Part shown: positions 1 through 8,557 of the stretch, piece by piece
Layout of the letters: each line of letters starts with the position of its first letter
Position numbering within the stretch: the stretch's first letter is position 1
Notes under the pieces: model-generated
What the model was told of the DNA's origin: nothing
Database searches by the model: none
Seen by the model: only the letters and a program-made list of their open reading frames with translations
Made by a program: the position numbers and the translations under genes
Assembly (NCBI GenBank): GCA_965214775.1
Contig: OZ243974.1
Span: forward strand, 608,001-672,000
Reading direction: 5' to 3'
Length of the DNA stretch: 64,000 nucleotides
Origin: Nitrosopumilus sp.
Lineage (GTDB): Archaea; Thermoproteota; Nitrososphaeria; Nitrososphaerales; Nitrosopumilaceae

Positions 1-367
1 CAGTGCTGGTGATCTTATTGAGTTCAAAATCGTCAGAAATCTGTTCTTGCCAGATTTTTGACGTGTGGATATTGCATCGAAAACTAGAATCTTTTGTTAG
101 ACCTGCATAATCTGGAAAGAGCCATTTATTGCCATCATGGTATGTAGGGATTTTGTTTTTGATTAAATCTAGTATATCTAACGTTAATGATATCCCACTT
201 CTGTTTCCAATAATGCCTATACGTATGCTTTCTAATGGAAAATCTTCATCTTCATATCTAAATGGCCCATATCTGGATAGTCCAATTTTGGGATCCTGCT
301 CTTCATTTCTACCACCAAACACTAGCTGCGGTTCTCTTACAAACTCAGTGCTAAACATCGGCCTCAT
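1..367 (-). CDS. ago: Short prokaryotic Argonaute (pAgo), N-terminal 122 codons; gene runs off the left edge
   Basis: Hand translation from ATG 367 (alternative 358) is open to base 1: MRPMFSTEFVREPQLVFGGRNEEQDPKIGLSRYGPF...IRIGIIG...LFPDYAG. EPxLxFG...DPxxGLxxYGP, IRxGIIG and FPxF/Y are the typical N-terminal motifs of short pAgos. Start overlaps the stop of the upstream APAZ gene. Confidence 0.85.
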   Translation of the reverse strand, partial: MRPMFSTEFVREPQLVFGGRNEEQDPKIGLSRYGPFRYEDEDFPLESIRIGIIGNRSGISLTLDILDLIKNKIPTYHDGNKWLFPDYAGLTKDSSFRCNIHTSKIWQEQISDDFELNKITST

Positions 368-1832
368 CGTTATGTCTCACTTCCAATACATTCGCTTCCA
401 CTTCTGGTTCATAATTTTCTATCATATTTTTTAGATCTGTTGTAGGTCTGTCCCAAGAAATGCCATATTTTGACTTTGTTTGAATGGGTTCGGATGATAT
501 CACAAAATCTTCCAAGACATGTATGTCATTCCCATTACTGAGTTTGTTACTCCAAAATAAAATGTTGTTTAGATGTGCATCATTGTACTTGTTGTAGGAT
601 AATTTTGTGATTATGGTACCTTCTCGTAAACCAGATATCACTCGACGGCCATCAGATGTAATAACAAACGTAGGACTAATTTTAAGATAGAATTTTTTAT
701 TTATTTCTTCAAAAGATGCTTTGATTGCCGGATGTAATATAATGTCAGATTTTATTTGTGAAGCATGCATTGGATTAGCTACAATTCTACGAGCTGCTCT
801 AAATTTTGAAGGCCAGGACATAAATCGTTTTTGATTGTCAGAGGAGAAAAATAATTTTTTAGTTTTACCGTTAAACCTCATCCCTTGTTTTATTCCACAA
901 CCAGCAATCTCTTTGTTCATTAAAGATACAACTATGTTTCTTTTGTCTTTGTCATCTAACCATTGTGATGTTTTTTCAATAGCGATAGTTGATGTGTCTA
1001 CAAGACGTGAATAGGGATTCGTGGAATCTGTCAAGTTTTGTAGTGAAATCAATTTGTTTTCGCGAAGGATGATCAAATCAACGGGATATGTCATGTGTTT
1101 TTTTAACTCATTAGCAATGTCTTCTCTATTAAAAAATTTTGAAGTTCCAAGGAATATTTTTTCAGGAAATTTTTTTATTTCAAATAAATTACTGTATAAT
1201 GTTTCGTCTATTTTATCAGGCTCTCCTGAGATTATTGATATGTTATAGTTTTCATCTTTAACCCTCTGATTTATCCAGTCAATTTCAAATTGTGAGGCAG
1301 GAATGCTTTGAGTTCCACGTCTGATGAAGACTGTTCCTTTCTTAAATGCAGACAATTGCTTGGGGTTATCGTCATACTTGAAAAACCCATCTTTTTTTGG
1401 TATGGCCAGTTCACGTGAAGGTTTTACATAGATTAATCCAAATCGTCGTCGCTCACCATCCACGGTTTTATAAAATTCATCATAGCAGATTTCAAGAATC
1501 GTGTTAGAGTAAGAATCAAGTTTCTGTTGCAGAGTAGCTGGCTCTAAATGAAAATGCGTAGGCAGTCCAGTGGGAAGAAATTTGCCCTTTACCTCTGGAT
1601 CCAAATGTTGGTTTTCAGCCATTCCAAGTAAAACAAAACCCCCACCATAATTTGCAAATGCTAGAGCATCCTTGACAAATTTTGGAAAATCAGAATTTTT
1701 CTCTGTGCTGATAATTCGTTTGTAATCCAGAAACGGGGTTTCTTTTTGTAATGAGAATAGGTAGTTTTTTACAAAATCTCCTGTTGGATCAAATAATTCG
1801 TCATTTATCCTTACTCCCACTTTGTCAGACAT
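351..1832 (-). CDS. Schlafen/AlbA_2-APAZ fusion protein, partner of the short pAgo
   Basis: N-terminus has AlbA_2 motifs ETPFLDYK and DALAFANYGGGFVLLGMAE, plus VFIRRGTQS. C-terminal half has APAZ-like segments ETLYSNLFEIKKFPEKIF and LKISPTFVITSDG...YNDAHLNNILFW...ISSEP. Confidence 0.82.
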   Translation of the reverse strand: MSDKVGVRINDELFDPTGDFVKNYLFSLQKETPFLDYKRIISTEKNSDFPKFVKDALAFANYGGGFVLLGMAENQHLDPEVKGKFLPTGLPTHFHLEPATLQQKLDSYSNTILEICYDEFYKTVDGERRRFGLIYVKPSRELAIPKKDGFFKYDDNPKQLSAFKKGTVFIRRGTQSIPASQFEIDWINQRVKDENYNISIISGEPDKIDETLYSNLFEIKKFPEKIFLGTSKFFNREDIANELKKHMTYPVDLIILRENKLISLQNLTDSTNPYSRLVDTSTIAIEKTSQWLDDKDKRNIVVSLMNKEIAGCGIKQGMRFNGKTKKLFFSSDNQKRFMSWPSKFRAARRIVANPMHASQIKSDIILHPAIKASFEEINKKFYLKISPTFVITSDGRRVISGLREGTIITKLSYNKYNDAHLNNILFWSNKLSNGNDIHVLEDFVISSEPIQTKSKYGISWDRPTTDLKNMIENYEPEVEANVLEVRHNDEADV

Positions 1833-2954
1833 GTTTATTTTTGGTATTGTTAATTTATTTATTTACCGATTGGCATTTTTTTACAACAGGATCGAGTTTG
1901 TGAAGAATTGGCCCGTGGTTTACTGCCGATCATAAATCATTGAAAAATAACGAGTCTCTGTGGATGAACCCATGATGCAATCTCTATACTGAGTCTCTTG
2001 CACTTTTTGCACAACTCGGAAAGGCATTCCAGTACGGAAAAACACTGAAAATCCAAAAATTCAAAGGCCACTCTCGTTAGAACCCAAAGGACATCATCAA
2101 AAAATATGATGAGATTACTCAAGTTGGATTATCTTTTCATGACTCTAAATCAGAAAATTTGACTCCGGAAACGACTTTTCGTATACGAAGGCGGATAATC
2201 AAACCAAAAGGACAATCAGAACCAAAAGTTTTGGCTCATTTTGAATTCAGGAGTGGGGGAAAGAGACATCAAAAATCGATGAGCTGTCCTCATAATCCAA
2301 AGCAAACCTACATGATATAGTATCCACAAGTTATGTCAGAAAAAATCATGATTGTGTAAATTTGAGAAGATAATCTTCTCAGACGGGCAGACGGGGGTCG
2401 ATGAATAGCTAAAAACTCTAGACTTTTGACGGGCAAAAGACTCAAAAGATTACAAGGTGTATAGTATAATGTGACAGGATAGAAAGGGAAATAGCCAATA
2501 CCCTCAGATTTTGTAAACTCCGTGTTTTCATGCTCATTTGACTCCTGTCACGTTCTTGATATTCCTCCGTGTATAATATTATAATTTCAAAATTGGTTAT
2601 CTGTGATTGATCGTAATAATTTCAGTCCACGAATGATGATTTTATCTCGTCGGTCAGAAAATGTTAGTATGGAGTCTGAGGAAATTTTTCACTCAGGTAA
2701 AGATGAGGGACTGGGGCGACTCTGACGTCCCAGAAGGTTGTGGTGTACAGGGCCCACGTCGGGGGTCCGGGAGTTTTTGGTTTTCAGGACCCGGATGGGG
2801 CCTGATGTGTATGGTGGATAGGAGGCCCGGAAGGGTATTCGTGGGAGATTCAGCTGGTCGTTTTTGTGTCTAGTGAAGTAATGCGAGAGGTTCGGGTCAA
2901 GTGCCGGCAACGTCAGGTAGGAAAAATAGTGAAAATGTAGCTTTTTGCGATAGT

Positions 2955-3139
2955 CAAAAGTTACACTATGTACATTTTTGGGCGGCCAAAAGTTACACTA
3001 TGTACATTTTTGGGCGGCCAAAAGTTACACTATGTACATTTTGGGGCGGCCAAAAGTTACACTATGTACATTTTGGGGCGGCCAAAAGTTACACTATGTA
3101 CATTTTGGGGCGGCCAAAAGTTACACTATGTACATTTTG
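2955..3139. repeat. Tandem array of a 32-bp unit (caaaagttacactatgtacatttt(t/g)gggcggc), about 5.8 copies
   Basis: Units start at 2955, 2987, 3019, 3051, 3083 and 3115; no spacers. Confidence 0.97.
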
Positions 3140-3189
3140 TACATTTTGCAAAAAGTTGGCCCTTAAACGTGAAATTACAGATACAGTAC

Positions 3190-3486
3190 ATGCCTGAAAA
3201 AAAATACTATAGAAAGGTGCGCAGGCAGGGCCATAGCCTCGTCATCACGATTCCAAATGCGCTGGTGGAGAATCTCGACATTGACGAGGATCAGATCGTC
3301 GAGTTTGTGAGTTTTGAGGATCGGATGGAATTAGTCCCCATGCGGACCCAGCACACCTCATCAAGCGAAGGCGGCAAGGACAGGTACGATCTTGCGCTTG
3401 ACAGGGCAATGGAGAACTCCAAAAAGCACAGGGAGGAGCCGGATGCCTCCTATGATAAAAAACTGGAAAGGCTGCACCTCAAATGA
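3190..3486 (+). CDS. AbrB/MazE/SpoVT-family DNA-binding protein (98 aa)
   Basis: RKVRRQGHSLVITIPNALVENLDIDEDQIVEF swapped-hairpin motif; TTAAA box 27 nt upstream of ATG 3190. Confidence 0.85.
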   Translation: MPEKKYYRKVRRQGHSLVITIPNALVENLDIDEDQIVEFVSFEDRMELVPMRTQHTSSSEGGKDRYDLALDRAMENSKKHREEPDASYDKKLERLHLK

Positions 3487-6400
3487 CCAGGGCCGTCACT
3501 CCCTGCCTCTCCCTTTCTTCCAGGGTCTCGAAGATCTTGTGGATCTTCGGGCTCCTTGACCACACGTGACACTGCTCAAACCCCAGTCTTGGCCACTTTG
3601 TCATGTTGTACCTGACATGCTCGGGGTGGCTCTGGACTTCTGCGGCAGACTCTATCTCCACGCTTATCGGCGTCTCGTTATAGTAGTCATAGGCGACAAG
3701 GTCCGTCCTGTCCTGCCCCTTCCTGATCCTCTGGGAGGCCAGGGTTACAAACATCCCCTTCTTCAGATACGTGTCAAATATCTTCCTGGTGACTGCCTCT
3801 ATCTCCTGTGCAGACCCGATCTCTGCAAAATCCAGGTCAAAGTATGTCCTTTTGGAGCTTTCGGTGAGCTCGTACGGGGACAGCCTGTTTTCGGGCTCCG
3901 TCTTTGCCACCAGTTTGCGGGCCACCAGATCCTTGAGGACCTTGAGGACCTCGGACCTGTTTGAGACCCGGAGCCGGGAGGCCATGTCCACCTGCTGCAT
4001 GGGCTTTCCTCCCCCTCCTCCTCCTCCCAGCAGCATCAGCATTATCCTCCACTCCATGTGCGTCGGAAATCTGACGGATATGCTCTCAAGCCACTTGTTC
4101 CTGTTTGCGGCAGTCTGCCTGACAATCGTGTCCTCCACCGTTCCCCTGCCGTACAGGGCAAGCTGCTCGGCGAGAAACTGCCCATACGCGTCTCGCCTGT
4201 CAGGGGCTCGGGGGGCATGTTGAGCCAGAACTGTATCGGGGGCGGCTGTTCCTCGCCCGGAGGCGATTTTTCCCGTATGGTCCAGTGAAAGTATTCCTGG
4301 CTTGCAAACTGCTGCATGAGCTCCTTTTGGAACTGGGGATCCCATATCTGTGATATTCTGGAGGCGTCCTTGCCGTTGACCTTGCCGATCAGCTGGGTTC
4401 CGGAGTTTCCCGTAATCAGTCCCAGCTGCTTGTCGCTGATCTGCTCTGTGGTCTGGTGTGACAGGATCAGCCCCAGTCCCAGGGATCGCGCCTGCTCCAG
4501 CATCAGCTGCAGCACCTGGAGATCCTTGACTATCTGGAACTCGTCCAGGGCAAGGATCACCTGGGTCCTGTTCTTCTCGTCGGGGATCCTGTTTGCGCGC
4601 TCCTGGACGGTAAACCACAGCTTCAGGATGAATGCCTGCATGGCCAGGGGCTGCACGTGGTGGGGCATGTTGAGCGGGGATATCCTGACGACCGTGTACC
4701 TGCCGGACCTTATTATCTCGTTGAAATCGACCGTTCCGTGCCTTACGGAGAACATTCTTTTCAGGACGGGATCCGTGGCAAACTGCTCTATCCTGTTTAG
4801 CAGCGGGGTAAACGCATCCACCTTCAGGGTTGCGATACTCTCAAGGGCCTGCTCCATCTCCGTGTCCGGGGTCCCGAATGTGTCCATTATCTTTGGCAGC
4901 GCGTCGTTCTTGTCGCGCTGCAGCCGCAGTATGATGTCATGGATGTCAAGAAACGTGGGCGCGTCATGCCTCATGTATATGTAAAACAGCAGCGCGCGGA
5001 ATATCCTCTCCATCTGGACAAAGCTGGCAGACTGCTGGTACCACTCCTCGATGGTCTTCATGAAATAGCCCACGTACCTGGACACCACCTCCTCGCGCTC
5101 GCGCGGCCGGTGCGCGGGCAGCTCCAGCGGATTGATTGAGAATCGGGTCTGCTGCGGATCCAGAAAGTGAATCCTGTTGTCGTCCAGGGTGTCGGGCTCA
5201 CACTGCTTGATGAACTTGTGCGAATCATCGCCCTTGGGATCTACATACACGAACGCGTTGGGAAACTCCCCGGAATTGTTCCACATCTCCAGATGCTTTG
5301 CAAGAATCCTGATGAGCGATGTCTTGCCGGAGCCTGATGCGCCCACGGCGTACACGTGGTTTGCAAAGTCGCCGGTGGATATCACTGCAGCATCAATGTC
5401 TTTGGATTTGCTGATCGCCCCCCATAGCGCACTCCAGTCAAACGTCTCGGACGTCCTTGGCTTGAAGAATCCCAAGCTCGAGCCGATCTTCTCGGAAGGC
5501 TTGGCGGGAATCGCGACTCCCCGCGTGGTGCTTATGTTCGGGGTAAACGGGTTTGGCAGGTGTATGAACAGCGGTATCTCCGACAGGTTCAGTATCAGAA
5601 ACGGCAGCGGCGTCCGCTCCCTGTACCCGCCAATCCAGCCCCTCTCAAAGTATCGCGCAAACGCCCCGTCCAGAAACGGTCCCGGGTCGGGCAAAAGCCT
5701 GGACTCGAACATCCTGATTCTCTGATGTTTCTGGGAATCACCGCGGATTCTGATCAGGGGTGCCTTCTTCTTCCTGCCCTCGGAATAGAACTCGCCGTAC
5801 TTGTACCGGAACTTTGTGAGATGCTCGTGTCCGGAGCGGATGTTCTCAAGCGGAAGCGCCTCTATCTCGTCAAAGTGCAGGTCGATGTCCGAGTCGCTCT
5901 GTATCACGCCCCTGATGCTCATCAGCATGTGCGCGCTCTGCATCTTCAGCGTGGCGTGCTTTTGCAGTCCGGTATAGTTGTTGGTAAAGTCGTATCCCAT
6001 CTCAGGGTGGTCGTGCGGCTGCCTGTCGGGATGCATCAGTATCTCCGTGTTGGACAGGTACCTGCCGCGCCTTATCTCGATGTTCTTCTCATCCAGGCGG
6101 GTCACGTGCCTGCGCAAGAACGCGTTAAAGCTGTAGTGCCTGAATGCAAACTGTATCCATGCGTATTTGGACAGCTGGATCGTGTTTGCGATCTGGGTTA
6201 TTATCTGGTGTGACTTTGTCTGGTCAAATACTGCGGTATAGTGGCCGTGATAGGTCCCCACGTCAAACACCTGGTACTCTGACTTTGCGTCAAACCATTC
6301 CGGCGTGATCCTCCTGAGATCCTCGAACGCGGCGTTTGGGTACATGTTTGCAAACGCCTGCTTGAAGCTTGGGAGGTCCTTGGACTCCCCGACCAGGACG

Positions 6401-6624
6401 AACTGGAGCCGCTTTTCCGTGCTGTCCCACCACATCTCAAAGCTTCTGATGCCTGCGCTTACAAGGCCGCCCGCGGACAGCACCGCCTCCTTTTTGTCCA
6501 TGGTGATCGGGATCATTACGGAGCATGCGGCCAGCCTGTTAGGCGCTGCAAGAAATTTCGTTATGCCGTCCAGCTGGCCCTTCTGCTTTTTCGTATTTGC
6601 AAGATGCCATCGCCGCGAGCCCAA
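3479..6624 (-). pseudogene. virD4: VirD4/TraG-like (HerA-FtsK superfamily) coupling ATPase with C-terminal wHTH and PD-(D/E)xK-like domain, split by a -1 frameshift near 4190-4215 (about 1048 aa if rejoined)
   Basis: Walker A GASGSGKT, VDPKGD, FSINPL, Walker B LALDEFQ and ARSLGLGLILSHQ in ORF 4042-6624. Protein-like sequence continues in the frame of ORF 3479-4618 from DAYGQFLAEQ. The frameshift may be real or a sequencing error. Confidence 0.8.
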
Positions 6625-6924
6625 ACCATGAGAAAATCCCGGTTTGCCATATAAGGAGGTCCAGATGCAGGCGTTTCATTTCACCGCCTGCCTTGAACGA
6701 ATTATCCCGCTCGCCAGAATCTGCTAATTTCGAGTCAGATCTCAGGCCTGATCCGTATCAACTTCATATACAATAAACAAGTGCCTAGCGCCAGAATGAA
6801 AAACAGAGATCATCCTTGCCTTTGGGTCTGACTGTATGAAGTCATTGATCAGGCGCGTGTCGATACCTGGCGAATCTTCACTCCAAGACTTGCCCTTTCA
6901 AACACCAGGGTTTGGTTTCAATGG

Positions 6925-7257
6925 TCATGGTACGTACAATTCAGTCTTTTGTTCCAGGCACGCATCGATCTGGTCGGCGATAGAATTCAACTGCAATACC
7001 TGCTGATCGGTAAACCTGGGCGTCTCCTGATGCAGTACCGGCAGCTCCATATTCAACGACTCATTGAGATCCTGCAAGTCATCCGGACTGCCGACCAACT
7101 GGCACAGCCTTAGATTTGATTCCATGATGCCTATCCAGTCCTCTGCTGACTGTCTTTCTACGGACTGCTGGTCAGATACGCTCGTAATGACTGCAACAAT
7201 GCCCACTGCAACAACTATGCCGGCTATTGCAAGTCCAAGACCTCTTTTTTTATTCAT
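6925..7257 (-). CDS. Membrane-anchored/secreted hypothetical protein
   Basis: MNKKRG followed by a hydrophobic helix, then a helical soluble domain. Confidence 0.65.
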   Translation of the reverse strand: MNKKRGLGLAIAGIVVAVGIVAVITSVSDQQSVERQSAEDWIGIMESNLRLCQLVGSPDDLQDLNESLNMELPVLHQETPRFTDQQVLQLNSIADQIDACLEQKTELYVP

Positions 7258-7490
7258 TTGGCTTCTGGCCGGCGGGTGGCCATAAAAAAGTTGGGATGGG
7301 ACGGTTAGCCGTCTACGAAAATTAGAAAAACTGGCCGTGTCAAAAACCGTAAATCACTTCGAGTCCGGGCTGTTGCAAACCAAGGCAGAAAAGCACGCTT
7401 CAAACCATGCCCGATAACGGAACAAAAACAATGATCCCTTTCAGATGTCACTGCAAGGGCCCAGAAGATATTAAGAAATATGGAAAAAAA

Positions 7491-8327
7491 TTATGATTTG
7501 GCGGCCATGCTGTAAAGCCCCCTTGCGTTGCTCATTACGGGATCATCCGGAATCACAATCTTGAATTTCTTCAGCCCTTCCAGCAGGGCACTGTTCATCC
7601 CGGGCAGCAGCAGCCCTCCTCCGGACAGTGCTATGGGGTACCTGTTGCCATAGTTTTCGGACATCTCGCAGATCTCGTTGATCAGGTTTTCTGCCATGAT
7701 CTTTGTATAGATCTTGCAGGTATCTGAATTTTCGTAGATCCTTTGAACGTCCAGATGCGCGAACTTGCCAATCTTTTTTGTGACAAAGCTGGACGCCCAT
7801 TGTGAACTCTCGCCATCGATTACCTCGAGTGCGTCTATCACGATGATCTCTGTTGTGCCCTGTCCGATCGACACCACGATGCCGCTTTCCCGTTTGAGAT
7901 CAACCAGGGTTCCGGATGCCTGGGCGACCACGATGCATTTCTCGGCGCCAAGTATCCTTTTTACCGTTCTTGACATCGAATCCCTATAGTCAAACGCGTG
8001 ATATGGCAGGCCCACTGCTATTCTCGTGGGCGTGTCCGTGCCCATGGGAATCTTTGCAAGTCCATAGACCTGAGACATTGATTCTTTTATGATCATCTCT
8101 GCCTGTTTTTGGTATTTTGGATCAGGCCTGCCTTTCCGGATTGGGCTTATTGCGCTGGCCCCCATCGTAGACAGTATTGACTGTGCCTGTGTTCCGACCA
8201 GCTCCGATGTCTTGCTTGTCCAGTTCCCGTGGATTCGCTTTACATAGACGGACGGAAATCTGAAAGAGCCATGGTTTGAGACGCACTTTACGAATCCCGT
8301 TCCGATGTCAAGTCCTATCTTTAGCAT
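7491..8327 (-). CDS. ParM/StbA-like actin-fold ATPase (278 aa)
   Basis: Phosphate-1 IGLDIGTGFVK, connect-1 VVAQASG, phosphate-2 VSIGQGTTE, adenosine ALSGGG, connect-2 DDPVMSNARG; TTAAAT 27 nt upstream of ATG 8327. Confidence 0.88.
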   Translation of the reverse strand: MLKIGLDIGTGFVKCVSNHGSFRFPSVYVKRIHGNWTSKTSELVGTQAQSILSTMGASAISPIRKGRPDPKYQKQAEMIIKESMSQVYGLAKIPMGTDTPTRIAVGLPYHAFDYRDSMSRTVKRILGAEKCIVVAQASGTLVDLKRESGIVVSIGQGTTEIIVIDALEVIDGESSQWASSFVTKKIGKFAHLDVQRIYENSDTCKIYTKIMAENLINEICEMSENYGNRYPIALSGGGLLLPGMNSALLEGLKKFKIVIPDDPVMSNARGLYSMAAKS

Positions 8328-8388
8328 ACAATGCAAGGCGTCAGGGCAATTTAAGGGGCAGATGACCTGCGTTTGGGATCCATAGATG

Positions 8389-8415
8389 TGGACGCGGCCG
8401 GGATTTGAATCCGGG
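8389..8415 (-). other. Decayed tRNA-Ala 3'-end fragment (att-like relic)
   Basis: Minus strand reads cccggattcaaatcccggccgcgtcca (T-arm plus acceptor 3' strand, with one T-stem mismatch and one extra base); same orientation as tRNA-Ala at 46592. Confidence 0.5.
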
Positions 8416-8557
8416 CATCTTTGGGTCTTTTGTAAGCCATTAACGGTACGTAAAGGAATCATACGCGAGGTCAAAGGCATCCTGCGTCTGCTGCTCCTTC
8501 AAACCCCCTCCATGACGTCAGATCTGAGATACTTGGCCGATACAAGGCTCTGTTAAC

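Noticed and set aside
2815-2840. Possible distal att site (ccggaaggg shared with the tRNA-Ala 3' end)
   Set aside because: Only about 9 bp match and the T-loop sequence is absent; too weak to call the boundary.
2955-3139. CRISPR array
   Set aside because: Units are contiguous with no unique spacers and no cas genes are in the window.
2901-3197. Repetitive ORFs 2901-3197, 2978-3166 and the N-terminal extension of 2968-3486
   Set aside because: They are translations of the 32-bp DNA repeat; the real gene starts at ATG 3190 with a correctly spaced TATA box.
3479-4618. Independent 379-aa gene
   Set aside because: Its first ~135 codons are an alternate frame of virD4; only the part after ~4200 is protein-like.
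6660-6920. Small minus-strand ORF fragment (GKSWSEDSPG...YEVDTDQA)
   Set aside because: No in-frame start or recognisable motif.
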